From positions 129,826 through 193,825 of the forward strand of contig CAITNS010000053.1 of the NCBI GenBank assembly GCA_903893815.1: DNA of 64,000 nucleotides, given 5' to 3'. This document shows, piece by piece, positions 20,653 to 31,331 of the stretch (the first letter of the stretch is position 1; each line of letters starts with the position of its first letter). The notes beneath the pieces were generated by a model. The model was given only the letters and a program-made list of their open reading frames with translations. It did not search any database and was not told the DNA's origin. A program made the position numbers and the translations under genes. This DNA comes from an uncultured Bacteroidota bacterium. Lineage in GTDB: Bacteria > Bacteroidota > Bacteroidia > B-17B0 > Aurantibacillaceae.

Positions 20653-21423
20653 TTAATTTTTACTTTGCAATAACTGTACATCAAACAAATCATGAATATT
20701 TAAAAAATCTTCCTTTAAAATTTTACTGTTTTTTAAAAAAACATCATATCCATTTATAGTTACAAATTCATAAATTTCATCAAGTGAACCACCAAATTTC
20801 TCTATAGCACCTGGATGAAGGGCTAAATTTATTTTTGGCATATCTCTTGAAATTGTATTTTGTAACCCTTTTAAAACAAGATACTCTGCACCTTCAGCAT
20901 CAATCTTCACAAAATTAATCCGTGAAATATTGCTTGATTCAACAAAACTATCAATAGATAAAACGTCAACGTTTACACCTTCATTACCAGTACTATCTGT
21001 AAATGGAATGAGACTATTTGAAGCGTCTACAGAATGTCTGGAAACTCTAAAAAAAGCAGTTGTATTTCTATCGGCTATTGCTTTTTGATAAGCAATAACA
21101 TTTTTATTCAAACCATTAATTGCAATCATTTCAGAGAAATAATGAAACGTTTCGGGTGTAGGTTCAAATGAGAATACTTTTCCTTTATTCCCAACTAAAT
21201 CTGAAAAAATTTTAGTCATTAATCCTAGTTGAGCTCCGATGTCAATAACGAAATCGCCTTCTTTTACTTCTTTTTTAAAAAAAGCAATGTTTTCAGTTTC
21301 ATAATCCTGTGGATAGTATTTATAAAATCTGATTGGCAATCGAAGGGTCGTTCCTGAAATTGTAGTTTTTACGCCTTTATTTTTAAAAATAATTTCTAAT
21401 ATCTTATATATAATATTTTTCAT
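20653..21423 (-). CDS. FkbM family methyltransferase
   Basis: SAM motif VIDIGAQLGLMT and the FkbM-type VKIDAEGAEYLVLKG. Confidence 0.8.
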   Translation of the reverse strand: MKNIIYKILEIIFKNKGVKTTISGTTLRLPIRFYKYYPQDYETENIAFFKKEVKEGDFVIDIGAQLGLMTKIFSDLVGNKGKVFSFEPTPETFHYFSEMIAINGLNKNVIAYQKAIADRNTTAFFRVSRHSVDASNSLIPFTDSTGNEGVNVDVLSIDSFVESSNISRINFVKIDAEGAEYLVLKGLQNTISRDMPKINLALHPGAIEKFGGSLDEIYEFVTINGYDVFLKNSKILKEDFLNIHDLFDVQLLQSKN

Positions 21424-21488
21424 ATTGTGGTTTTATGCTGTTCTATAGATTTAGCTCAAAATAGCTTTGTATTTGAAGTTAAAAGAAA

Positions 21489-22628
21489 TTATTTACCATT
21501 GTATACTTTCTCCAATTTATATATCATGTCCTTCACATCAAATTTATCATATATATCAATTTTAGCCTGAGCTATAATCTTACGTTTAAGCTCATCATTT
21601 TCCATTAATAATTTTAAACCTTCATAGATTGCTTCAGAATTCTGATAATCAACGACTACTGCATTACTTCTATCAACAATATACTCTTCAGCAACTCCTG
21701 ATAAGGTACAAATCATTGGAACAGATGCAGCCATCACTTCAACATAAACTTGACCAAACGCTTCTATTTCTGAATCAATTGGAACATGTACAAAGTAATC
21801 AAATGTATTAATAAGCGCAAATACATCATCTTCATAAGGAATTTCGGTATAAGTTTTTGGGTCGAGTTCTTTTAAAAGAGAATGAATAAAATCTTCCCTT
21901 ATTCCACCTGCATTTGCAAGTATAAGTTTAGCATTAGGAAAGACTGACACAATTTTTTTAAATGCTTCAATCGTATACTCAACGCCTTTCCATTCATCAT
22001 ATCTTGAAATAGATCCAATAACAATAGACACGTCATTTAAGTTATATTTTTCTTTAATGGCTGCAAGTCTGTTGTTATTAATATTCGAAAACATTGATAA
22101 ATCAAAGCCATGATGCACTTTTTTTATTTTATTAAACTGCACGTTTTCAAAATCCATTAATACTTTTGTGACAACGTCTGATATTGATATAATGGATGTG
22201 GAAATTTTATTAAAATATTTTTCAAAGTTTCGCGTACCTTTCAAATACCGATATCGTTGTGTAGTTGTATGTCTGGTATAAACTCTAACAGGTACTCTCA
22301 TGATCCAAGCAGCTGTTAATCCCAATAAATTAGCGTCAAAATAATGCGTATGAACAACGTGCGGTTTAAATTTAATGATCTCAAGCATTAGTTTACAAAT
22401 TGTAAAAAGCATTTCTAATTTATTTTTTCCTGAATAATTTATACGTTTATAAGGTATGCCTGTTTCTAAAATATATTTTTCGAAATTTGAATCTTTATTA
22501 TCTATATGCAATAGTAAAACATCGTAACCTCTTTCTTTTAATTTATTGCCAATCCACTCATAGGCAATTGCCCTACCTTTTAAGTGAGAGGTTATTAATA
22601 TGACTTTCTTATTTTTAAAAGTACTCAT
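21489..22628 (-). CDS. glycosyltransferase family 4
   Basis: GT-B layout. C-terminal EAFGQVYVEVMAASVPMICT matches the GT4 nucleotide-sugar binding motif. Confidence 0.8.
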   Translation of the reverse strand: MSTFKNKKVILITSHLKGRAIAYEWIGNKLKERGYDVLLLHIDNKDSNFEKYILETGIPYKRINYSGKNKLEMLFTICKLMLEIIKFKPHVVHTHYFDANLLGLTAAWIMRVPVRVYTRHTTTQRYRYLKGTRNFEKYFNKISTSIISISDVVTKVLMDFENVQFNKIKKVHHGFDLSMFSNINNNRLAAIKEKYNLNDVSIVIGSISRYDEWKGVEYTIEAFKKIVSVFPNAKLILANAGGIREDFIHSLLKELDPKTYTEIPYEDDVFALINTFDYFVHVPIDSEIEAFGQVYVEVMAASVPMICTLSGVAEEYIVDRSNAVVVDYQNSEAIYEGLKLLMENDELKRKIIAQAKIDIYDKFDVKDMIYKLEKVYNGK

Positions 22629-22632
22629 TCGG

Positions 22633-23589
22633 CTAATTAAATGCTTGTTTAATGCGGTCTTTTAACCAATACAATCCGTCATAGATTTCTTTCCAAGGTT
22701 TTAAAGAGATACATGAAGCACGCAACGTGTAATAAAAACCTGAGATGATATTTTTAAAACGCAAATCAAATAAACCTTTGTCTTTGAATATGAAAAACTC
22801 ATTTGTCTTTTGGATTTTAATTAAAAATTCCTTGTTACTGTTTTTCTCCAGCACTTTTGTGTTTAAATATGTTTTTAATTTCAACCTCACCAATCTTTTC
22901 GCCTCCCACATTCTTTTGTGATTACTACTCATATTAACGTCATGCGACCTGATAAGTGTAGCTGTTTCATCTGCTTTTAAATAATGAAAAACGGCATCAT
23001 TTAAAATAAATCTAAACCAAAAATCCCAGTCTTCTAATGATTTTAATGTGATATCAAATTCACCAATTTCTTGTACTATAGATTTGTGAAATAATGGCGC
23101 GCTCACTAAAAAAACATTGTCCTTAACCAAATGTGGCAAAACATCTGTGTATTTACCTGAAATTTCAGGTATATCACGCCATGTAAATATGCCTTTTTTG
23201 TTGTTTTCCTTTGTAAAATGCTTTATAGCACCATATACCAATTTTACTGATTCGTTATTTTCTAAAAGTTCAACGTGTTCTTTAAGTTTTTCATTTTCAA
23301 TCAAATCATCTGCATCAAGTAACTGAATATACTTCCCTAATGAATGTTTGATACCCGTATTCCTAGAAGCTGAAAGCCCCTGATTTTTTTGGTAAATGTA
23401 TTTAATCCTATTATCCTTAATAGTGTATTGTTTAACTACTTCCGCACTATTATCCGCAGAACCATCGTCAACAACAATACATTCCCAATCGCTAAAGGTT
23501 TGATGTAAAATACAATCTAAAGTTTCTGGCAAAAATTGCGCATAATTATAACAAGGAATTATTATACTTACTACAACATTGTTTGCCAT
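22633..23589 (-). CDS. glycosyltransferase family 2
   Basis: VSIIIPCYN, DDGSADNS and LDADD motifs. Confidence 0.85.
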   Translation of the reverse strand: MANNVVVSIIIPCYNYAQFLPETLDCILHQTFSDWECIVVDDGSADNSAEVVKQYTIKDNRIKYIYQKNQGLSASRNTGIKHSLGKYIQLLDADDLIENEKLKEHVELLENNESVKLVYGAIKHFTKENNKKGIFTWRDIPEISGKYTDVLPHLVKDNVFLVSAPLFHKSIVQEIGEFDITLKSLEDWDFWFRFILNDAVFHYLKADETATLIRSHDVNMSSNHKRMWEAKRLVRLKLKTYLNTKVLEKNSNKEFLIKIQKTNEFFIFKDKGLFDLRFKNIISGFYYTLRASCISLKPWKEIYDGLYWLKDRIKQAFN

Positions 23590-23602
23590 GATTTATACTA
23601 TG

Positions 23603-24604
23603 TTATTTTAAATTAAGTTGAGAAGATTTAGCATCAATAATTTTCCCCAACTCACTATCTTTTACAAATAAGTAATTGTTAACTTTTTCAAAGTCAAGCT
23701 CGTTACTTTTTTTAATTTTTATAATCCTTGAAATATTTTGATCATCGCTTAATGCATAACAAGTATATTTTCTTTCATTTAAAAAATCAAAAATCTCAAT
23801 ACCCTCTGTATTATGGGACAAAATTTCTGTCAATATAACAGGAGAAAAGATGTCTAATGTATTTTTCCCAGCTTTTAAAATAGATAATTCATTTCCTTCG
23901 GTATCTATTTTTAAAATTTTTGGAGAAAGAGTTGTATTATTTTTCATGTAATCATCTAAAGTGATTGCTTGCACTTTTATTGCTTCAACAGTTCCTGAAG
24001 CCTTATCCATTTCAGCGTTTTCTTTAAATATGCTACTCATATATGATGATGGGGAAACATAAAATTCTAATTCTCCTGCTTTATCTGAAAGACATATATT
24101 TTCAAATTTATAGTTCGAGAACTTATTTTGATTAAACACATTTTCCGAAAAAACTTTCAGTTTGCTATTTGGTTCAAATAAAATTACTGGCCTATTAATA
24201 GATAATGGATATAAAGAACGCAAGCCCATATTGGCGCCAATATCGAAATAATGATAATTTGAAGGATAAAAATCATTAACAATAGCCTCTGCAATTGTTA
24301 AACATTTATCAGACCATTTATAACTTAACGCAAATTCCCACGACTTGATATCATTTGCTGAAACTGGAACTTCAACTATTTTTGAATTCAGTAATTTGAT
24401 TTTCCAATTAAAATTAAATGTAGGTTGCTTGGCATGCCCCCAAATATAGTTTATAAGCCATGATGGAGCCTTTTCGTAAATTGAATTTATAATAAAAACA
24501 CTATTTTTTTTTAGTAAAATTTTATTAATAAGTACCTGAATTACTTTTTTGCTTGAATTTTTAAATATCGAAACCATACTTTCGTTTTTAGCTATTGGAA
24601 CCAA
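23603..24604 (-). CDS. FkbM family methyltransferase
   Basis: FDIGANMGLRS SAM motif and KIDTEGNELSILKAG. An alternative start at 24577 would remove the 17-nt overlap with the upstream epimerase gene. Confidence 0.7.
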   Translation of the reverse strand: MVPIAKNESMVSIFKNSSKKVIQVLINKILLKKNSVFIINSIYEKAPSWLINYIWGHAKQPTFNFNWKIKLLNSKIVEVPVSANDIKSWEFALSYKWSDKCLTIAEAIVNDFYPSNYHYFDIGANMGLRSLYPLSINRPVILFEPNSKLKVFSENVFNQNKFSNYKFENICLSDKAGELEFYVSPSSYMSSIFKENAEMDKASGTVEAIKVQAITLDDYMKNNTTLSPKILKIDTEGNELSILKAGKNTLDIFSPVILTEILSHNTEGIEIFDFLNERKYTCYALSDDQNISRIIKIKKSNELDFEKVNNYLFVKDSELGKIIDAKSSQLNLK

Positions 24605-25541
24605 GCCACGTTTTAAATTTCATTAAACCTGACAGTAAATCTATTTTTGGATCGTACCCCAACATTCTTTTTGCTTTTTCAATATTAGCGTAGGTTATAG
24701 GAACATCGCCATCCTGATGAGGTAAATATTTAATGTTTGCTTTTATTTCAAAAACTGTTTCTAATGAAGCAATCAAATCATTTAAAGTTATTAAAGTGCT
24801 ATTTCCTAAATTAAAAATCTCATACTTAGATTGGTCGTAACTAATAGCTGCTATTATTCCATTCACTATATCATCAACATAAGTATAATCTCTTCCTGTT
24901 TTTCCATCTCCAAATACAGTTATAGCCTCATTATTCATTAACATTTTTGAAAATTTGTGAATTGCTAAATCGGGTCTTTGTCGAGGTCCAAAAACAGTAA
25001 AAAATCTTAGCGCAATAAATCGGATATCATACAAATAGCTATAAGTATGTCCTAATAATTCTGCTGATATTTTAGATGATGCATACGGACTTATAGGCTG
25101 TAATTGTTTGTCTGATTCAGACCATGGCAATTGGGAATTTATACCATATACACTGCTTGATGAGGCGAAAACAAACTGTTTAATTTTATTCAACTTGGCA
25201 AACTCCAAAAGATTTTGTGTTCCTATCAAATTAACATTTTGATATGTAATAGGGTCTTTAATACTTGGGCCAACGCCAGCTTTTGCGGCTAAATGTATAA
25301 TCACGTCATAATTTCCAGATAAATTATTTTTCAATTTTTCAAAATCTAAAATATCAAGCTCGTGAAAACTAACATTAGGATTGCCTATTAAATAGGCAAT
25401 ATTTTGTTGTTTTATCGCTTTATCATAAAAGGGATCAAAATTATCGATGGATGTAATTTTATAGCCTCCAATTTCAATTAATTTATCAATTAAATTACTG
25501 CCAATAAATCCAGCACCTCCAGTAATTAATAGTTTCTTCAT
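24588..25541 (-). CDS. NAD-dependent epimerase/dehydratase, UDP-glucuronate 4-epimerase-like
   Basis: GGAGFIGSN, YASSK (YxxxK) and LRFFTVFGPRQRPDLAIHKF closely resemble the UDP-GlcA 4-epimerase subgroup of extended SDRs. Confidence 0.75.
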   Translation of the reverse strand: MKKLLITGGAGFIGSNLIDKLIEIGGYKITSIDNFDPFYDKAIKQQNIAYLIGNPNVSFHELDILDFEKLKNNLSGNYDVIIHLAAKAGVGPSIKDPITYQNVNLIGTQNLLEFAKLNKIKQFVFASSSSVYGINSQLPWSESDKQLQPISPYASSKISAELLGHTYSYLYDIRFIALRFFTVFGPRQRPDLAIHKFSKMLMNNEAITVFGDGKTGRDYTYVDDIVNGIIAAISYDQSKYEIFNLGNSTLITLNDLIASLETVFEIKANIKYLPHQDGDVPITYANIEKAKRMLGYDPKIDLLSGLMKFKTWLGSNS

Positions 25542-25590
25542 ATAATAATTTTTAATAGTGTAAAAAACACTTCATAAATATATGAAAATA

Positions 25591-26727
25591 CTACAAAACA
25601 GACTCAATTAGCTTACTGTAATTACTAAACATTTTTTGTGGCGAAAACTCCTGTTCTGCTCTACGCAGATTCATTTGTGCGATTTTTCCTCTCAAATCAT
25701 CATTATCTATAAATGTTAAAATATGATTTGCAAATGCTTGATAATCAGAAATTGCAGCTAAATAGGGGTAATCATCTCCTAGCGCTTCACGTATACCAAT
25801 AATATCCGTGGCTACCATGGGCAACTCTGCATTCATACACTCTAACACACCATTTGGACAACCTTCAAAACGGGAGCTAAAAACTCCCAAATCTGTCACG
25901 CTCAATAAACCAGCAATATCGTCTACTTGATCTAAAAATCTAACATTACTCTCAATATTTAGCTCCTGAGCTTGTAATTTTAATTCTTCATATTTATGAT
26001 CAAACCTCCCGGCTAAAAACAAAATTGGCGTCTTATTTTTTGTATTGTCACAAACTATTTTCCAAGCATCCAATAATGTTTTATGATCTTTGTAACCATG
26101 CAAATTGGCAATCATTGTTGCCACAAAATGCTTTTCATTTATGTTTAAAGTATTCTTCCAGTACTCTTTTGATTTGATTGGGTTTGGTAAGTTTACAGAA
26201 TTATGAATTAACCGAATATTATCTTTTTTAATATTTAAGTGATTTGCAAGAAATAATCTTCCTTCTTCAGAATTTGAAACAAAAACTGGTGCTTTCTTTA
26301 ACGCATATTCTTCCAATGCATGATTTGTAACTCCTCTTCCTTCGTCCCTTTGATTCCATAAACAAGTTTTGGCTCCAGTGAAATTCCAAATGGCGCAGCA
26401 AATTACATTTGGCCAGTAGGTAAAAGGCATTATTATGTCGGGTTTAAACTTTCGAATCGCAATTATCAACTTAATCAGTTCCTTTATTCTCTTTATTTTT
26501 CCAGCGTATCTATCTAGCGGATGTAATTTCCAAGGCACGCCTAACTCATCTAATAATTCAGCTCCCTTACCAGCTCTATCAATAGCCCAGACCTCAACAT
26601 TACATTTCTCTGTGTTTTTTAAATAACCCGAAAGTAGGATTGCTTGCTTTTCGGCACCCCCCATTAAAAGGGTGTCTAAAAAAATAAGTATTTTTTTTTC
26701 TGATAAAGTGTTTCTAGTTTTTTTCAT
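25591..26727 (-). CDS. glycosyltransferase family 4
   Basis: GT-B layout. FEGCPNGVLECMNAELPMVATD is a GT4 motif. The start abuts the upstream AsnB stop. Confidence 0.8.
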   Translation of the reverse strand: MKKTRNTLSEKKILIFLDTLLMGGAEKQAILLSGYLKNTEKCNVEVWAIDRAGKGAELLDELGVPWKLHPLDRYAGKIKRIKELIKLIIAIRKFKPDIIMPFTYWPNVICCAIWNFTGAKTCLWNQRDEGRGVTNHALEEYALKKAPVFVSNSEEGRLFLANHLNIKKDNIRLIHNSVNLPNPIKSKEYWKNTLNINEKHFVATMIANLHGYKDHKTLLDAWKIVCDNTKNKTPILFLAGRFDHKYEELKLQAQELNIESNVRFLDQVDDIAGLLSVTDLGVFSSRFEGCPNGVLECMNAELPMVATDIIGIREALGDDYPYLAAISDYQAFANHILTFIDNDDLRGKIAQMNLRRAEQEFSPQKMFSNYSKLIESVL

Positions 26728-28614
26728 CTATTTTGAAAAATTAAATGCAACATCTTTATTCTTCTCAAACCATAGCCCTAAAACTAAAAATAACCACAAA
26801 ATACCGGCATTATCAATATTATTCTTGCCATGCTCTTTCATCAGGTTTTTAATTTCATCGACATTAAACAATTGATTAATCGATTTATTATCCTGTAAAA
26901 TAGTATTTAACATCTTATAGCCTTGTTTATTTTCTAAAAACCAATAATAAGATGGAAGTCCGAAGCCTTGTTTTTTTCTATATACAAACTCATCATCAAA
27001 ATATTTTTGTGCAATTTTTTTTAAGCCATATTTACCTGTCATAAAATCTTTAACCTTATGATATTTCATAGATAAAGGTAAACGAGCTGCTAATTCAACC
27101 ACTTTTACATCAACAAACGGAGGTCTTACTTCCAAACCGTGACACATACTTGCTATATCAACTTTATTCAATATATCGCAAGGCAAGTATGTTTGAAAAT
27201 CAATATACTGTGCGTATGATAGCCGATTATAATTCACTGCTTTTTCTGAAGCTAACTCAAAAAGTTTATCAGGAACATTTATAACATAATGCAGTTCTTT
27301 TTTCCATAATTTCTCCCTACGCGTTTTTGCGGCATATAAAATATGATTTTGCCATGATTCCAAAACATTAAAAGTTCTATGCTTTATAAATTGTTTAACG
27401 CCATTTAATGCTATCCTAGAACCCCAATAAGGATTTTCTAGAAATGTACTTCGTGCATTGACTAGCGGATGATTTTTCATCCAACGAATATAAGAATCGT
27501 AACCACCAAAAGTCTCGTCTCCTCCATCACCCGACAAAACCATAGGAACATGTTCTCTGGCTAATTTTGAAACATACCATGTTGGAATACTTGAACTATC
27601 CCCAAAAGGCTCTCCATAATGCTCAACTAGGTCTGGCAATATATCCAAGGCATTTTCAGTTATATTTTCACTAATTAATTCAACATTACATTTTGCAGCT
27701 GCTTTTTTAGCATACTCTAGTTCCGAAAATTCCTTTTCATGAAAGTTGATGGTAAATGCTTTTAATTTACTGACTGAAACTTCCTGCATTTTTAATGCAA
27801 TTAAACTCGAATCAATACCACCGGAAAGAAAGACGCCGAAAGGTACATCGGAAACTAAATGTTTTTTAACAGAATCATCAATTACATTCTCTATTTCTTC
27901 TATCCATTCATTTTCGGATTTATTTTTTTCTTCAGAAAAATTAATATCCCAATATTTTTTAAGGTTGTGCATTTTTCCATCAAATTCAATTTCGACAGTA
28001 TGTGCAGGAGGTAACTTATAAATATTTTTGTAAATAGTATGTGGAGTTGGTATATACTGATATCTCAAATAAAAATCGATTGCCTGTAAATTTCCCTCAG
28101 CAGTAACATTTTCTATTTTTTTTAGTGCCGTAATTTCAGATGAAAAGGCTAGATAATTTTCTTCTTTTCTGTAAACCAAAGGTTTTATACCAAAATGATC
28201 TCGTGCCAAAAAATATTTTTTATTAGAAATATCTGCAATTACAAAAGCAAACATTCCCCTGAATTTTTTAACGCAGTCTATTCCCCATTTTTCATAGGAA
28301 TAAATAATCACTTCCGTATCAGAGTTTGTTCTGAATTCATAACCAAAATCTGTGAGTTCTTTTTTTAATTCCTGGTAATTATATATTTCGCCATTAAATG
28401 TAATCCATATCGTCTCGTTAAAGTTACTCATGGGCTGCTTGCCACCTTCAAGATCTATAATCGAAAGTCGTCTGTGACCGAAAGCGAAATTTTCCTTTAA
28501 TACAATGCCCAAGCCATCGGGTCCCCTGTGATCGACAGAATTAGTTAAACTTAATATCTCTTCCTCAGAGATTTTTTCATTATTCCATTTTAAAATGCCA
28601 ACTATACCACACAT
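26728..28614 (-). CDS. asparagine synthase (glutamine-hydrolysing)-type amidotransferase, copy 2
   Basis: MCGIVG nucleophile, HRGPDG, RRLSIIDL and PP-loop FLSGGIDS. 628 aa. It is a paralog of 15757..17661 but clearly diverged. Confidence 0.9.
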   Translation of the reverse strand: MCGIVGILKWNNEKISEEEILSLTNSVDHRGPDGLGIVLKENFAFGHRRLSIIDLEGGKQPMSNFNETIWITFNGEIYNYQELKKELTDFGYEFRTNSDTEVIIYSYEKWGIDCVKKFRGMFAFVIADISNKKYFLARDHFGIKPLVYRKEENYLAFSSEITALKKIENVTAEGNLQAIDFYLRYQYIPTPHTIYKNIYKLPPAHTVEIEFDGKMHNLKKYWDINFSEEKNKSENEWIEEIENVIDDSVKKHLVSDVPFGVFLSGGIDSSLIALKMQEVSVSKLKAFTINFHEKEFSELEYAKKAAAKCNVELISENITENALDILPDLVEHYGEPFGDSSSIPTWYVSKLAREHVPMVLSGDGGDETFGGYDSYIRWMKNHPLVNARSTFLENPYWGSRIALNGVKQFIKHRTFNVLESWQNHILYAAKTRREKLWKKELHYVINVPDKLFELASEKAVNYNRLSYAQYIDFQTYLPCDILNKVDIASMCHGLEVRPPFVDVKVVELAARLPLSMKYHKVKDFMTGKYGLKKIAQKYFDDEFVYRKKQGFGLPSYYWFLENKQGYKMLNTILQDNKSINQLFNVDEIKNLMKEHGKNNIDNAGILWLFLVLGLWFEKNKDVAFNFSK

Positions 28615-28627
28615 TATTTAACGTTTC

Positions 28628-29380
28628 TTACTTAACTTTTTTCACTACACAAACTAAATGAGGATAAATAATTTCCTCATCCTTTTTCAGAATATTTGAG
28701 TTAATTAAGAAATTCTTAATTCGCCGCTTGAAAGTCAAATTAGTATTTTTCATTGCAGGCTGAGAAAAATTTGTAGTGAATATATCTACCAACTTCAAGC
28801 CTTTTTGTTCCACGTATTTAGTCAATGAATTTTTAGACCAACTACGTTCATGCTGCCAACGGTGAAATTCATGGTCGCAACTCGGACAATAAATCATTGA
28901 TTTACTTAAATCTTCATTATTTGGCGTTGTAAATATTGCTACGCCATCATCAGAAAGAAATTCTTTCATGTCGTTAAAAACATCGTCTAAATATTTATCA
29001 CTTAAATGTTCAATTACTTCAACAACAATTATCAAATCATACTTAAGTCCGTTTTTTCTAATTTCCTCCTGACTAACAGCCCCAACAAAATTGGGCTCAT
29101 TTTTAAACTTTCTTGAAACTTCATCTCGCGATATGTCAGAGAATTCTAATGCAGATGTATTTAATCCTTTTTTTAGTATATATGGAATCAAAAAACCCGG
29201 GCCAGAACCATAATCAAGAGCAGATTTCGCATTTATAAAATATTTATGCAGAAAATCAATAACATTTTCACCAACCTGAAACGTGAAATAATTTTCTTTA
29301 TGCTGCGCTTCATAGTCCCAAAACTTTTTTACATTTTCAGATGTCCATATTAATTTTTTGTATTCTTTTTTTTGTACCAT
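28628..29380 (-). CDS. class I SAM-dependent methyltransferase
   Basis: SAM-binding ALDYGSGPGF, followed by a Cys/His pattern (CPSCDHEFHRWQHE) near the C-terminus. Confidence 0.7.
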   Translation of the reverse strand: MVQKKEYKKLIWTSENVKKFWDYEAQHKENYFTFQVGENVIDFLHKYFINAKSALDYGSGPGFLIPYILKKGLNTSALEFSDISRDEVSRKFKNEPNFVGAVSQEEIRKNGLKYDLIIVVEVIEHLSDKYLDDVFNDMKEFLSDDGVAIFTTPNNEDLSKSMIYCPSCDHEFHRWQHERSWSKNSLTKYVEQKGLKLVDIFTTNFSQPAMKNTNLTFKRRIKNFLINSNILKKDEEIIYPHLVCVVKKVK

Positions 29381-29450
29381 AAGTTTTTGTATAAAGGCTG
29401 TTTAGCAGTATTTTACTAAATTAATGTTTTATTATTAAAAACAATAAAAC

Positions 29451-30572
29451 TTAAAATAATTTAAATATACCTGAAACCCGATCCAGATTTAAATTAATAA
29501 ATTTTACAAAAGGATAAAATAACCGCTTTATTTTTGTATGATTTTTATGATTATTTAGAAAAATTAAAGCGCTTTCCATATTTAGATTAGGCTTTTCAAA
29601 ATACTGTTCCTTTATGGCATTAATCAAAACTTGAAAAACTGCCTTTTCATTATAGTCTGTCACTGCCCTTTTCCATCCTGCAGCTGCAATTTTTCGTCTT
29701 TCTTCATCATGACTTAAGTAATACTTAGTAAGCTCAATAGCTTCTTCAACAGTATCAAAGCCTACAGCTTCCTCATTCAATTTAAATATTTCGCCTAAAT
29801 GACTTTTGTTGTCACAAAGTAACATTACACCATTTGCAGGTAATGTGTACGTGCGGAAATTAATTGGTCCGGAAGAATTATGAAAGTTTGGGCCAATTTT
29901 AGTATTTTGGTACATTTTTACTTTTTGGTCTTCAGGAAAAAAACCAGCCTGCCAACCTTGTCCGTAATATTTTCCGTTTGGAAATTCTTTTGAGAACTTA
30001 TCCAATCGTTCAGCTCTCCAATCTGATTTTCGCTCACATAATAATGCAATGTCCGTTTCTCTGTTTCCTGCTAAAATAGTATCATAGGTCAAATTTGGAT
30101 CATAATCGGAAGAAAAAAAACCCATGGGCCAAAACCTTACATTTTTTATTCCCCAACTTTTATAAGTTTCAATTTCAGCAATATTACCAATCATACACAA
30201 ATCATATGCATATGCCACAGGCTTAGATAAATTATCTGATGACTCTGGATCATCAAAACAACCATATACATTAAACGTTGGTAGTTTTAAAACAAACTCT
30301 GGATGGAGGTTGATTCCATTCCAATTAACAAATACATCAAAATTTTCCAATTTTTGAGCAAGTTCTTTATACAAGTCCAATAATTCCTGATCGCCTCTTT
30401 TCCATCTAGCATCTAAATCTTTCCATACTAATCTGCCTGCTGGAGGATTTATAGTTAAAGGAAAACTTTCGATGTATGTATTTTCATCAGCAATTCTTAA
30501 TAGCCAGTTATTAACCCATGTTTTTACATCAAATGGATTTTGATAATAACTGTAGCCTAAAAGAATTCGCAT
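29451..30572 (-). CDS. CgeB-like glycosyltransferase family protein (tentative)
   Basis: The C-terminal half (RTYTLPANGVMLLCD...VGFDTVEEAIELTKYYLSHDEERRKIAAAGWKR) resembles the CgeB/Glyco_trans_1_2 type. The N-terminal half was not recognised. Confidence 0.5.
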   Translation of the reverse strand: MRILLGYSYYQNPFDVKTWVNNWLLRIADENTYIESFPLTINPPAGRLVWKDLDARWKRGDQELLDLYKELAQKLENFDVFVNWNGINLHPEFVLKLPTFNVYGCFDDPESSDNLSKPVAYAYDLCMIGNIAEIETYKSWGIKNVRFWPMGFFSSDYDPNLTYDTILAGNRETDIALLCERKSDWRAERLDKFSKEFPNGKYYGQGWQAGFFPEDQKVKMYQNTKIGPNFHNSSGPINFRTYTLPANGVMLLCDNKSHLGEIFKLNEEAVGFDTVEEAIELTKYYLSHDEERRKIAAAGWKRAVTDYNEKAVFQVLINAIKEQYFEKPNLNMESALIFLNNHKNHTKIKRLFYPFVKFINLNLDRVSGIFKLF

Positions 30573-30578
30573 TGAGAT

Positions 30579-31316
30579 TTAATTTACACGATATATACCA
30601 ACCCAAGAATCACGAATGTGATAAATTCTACCATTTAATTTACCATCCGCGTATAGTTTTTCAACACCTGCGCATACGGTATGTATCCAGCTATGTTTTT
30701 TTGTAAGTTCAAGATTAAAGTCATGCCATAGTATGAAAGATCCGGATTTCATGGAAGATAGTATTTTTAACGTGTCATTATACACAAAATCGGTGTCATG
30801 CGAACCATCAATAAAAGCGACATCAATGTTACCAATGTTTGGTTCCCACTTTGCAGAATTGGAAAGTATTTGAACAATGTTCTTTATGTTTTTTTCTCGG
30901 AAATAAATACCTACTTTTTCTCTTTCAAGTGCAATGGTTGTGTATTTGCCTCCTTCGCCAGATAAAATTTCTTCCGGAGGAATATTCATCGTATGAATAG
31001 TTGCCTGTGGAGCGTTCGTAGCCATTAAAGCAGTTGTGTGTCCTGTTGAAGTTCCAATTTCTAATGCAATATTAGGCTTGCCATTTGCCATCACTACAGC
31101 AATAGATTCGGCATCTCTTATCCTTCTTTCATTAACATCTTCTAAATAATCGAACTCATTCAAAATTGGGTCATTTAAAATTGGAGTATTTTTCCACCCG
31201 AATATTTTTTTTAGCTCTTCAACATTATTAATTTCTATAACGGAAGATTCAAGCATTGAAAAATGATTATTAAACAAACGCTTTTTAATTAGATATTTAA
31301 TTTTACTAAATGCCAT
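30579..31316 (-). CDS. class I SAM-dependent methyltransferase (Methyltransf_24-like)
   Basis: ALEIGTSTGHTT SAM motif and AFIDGSHDTDFVYNDT, typical of the O-methyltransferase/CmcI-like group. Confidence 0.6.
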   Translation of the reverse strand: MAFSKIKYLIKKRLFNNHFSMLESSVIEINNVEELKKIFGWKNTPILNDPILNEFDYLEDVNERRIRDAESIAVVMANGKPNIALEIGTSTGHTTALMATNAPQATIHTMNIPPEEILSGEGGKYTTIALEREKVGIYFREKNIKNIVQILSNSAKWEPNIGNIDVAFIDGSHDTDFVYNDTLKILSSMKSGSFILWHDFNLELTKKHSWIHTVCAGVEKLYADGKLNGRIYHIRDSWVGIYRVN

Positions 31317-31331
31317 AAAATAATTTAAAAT

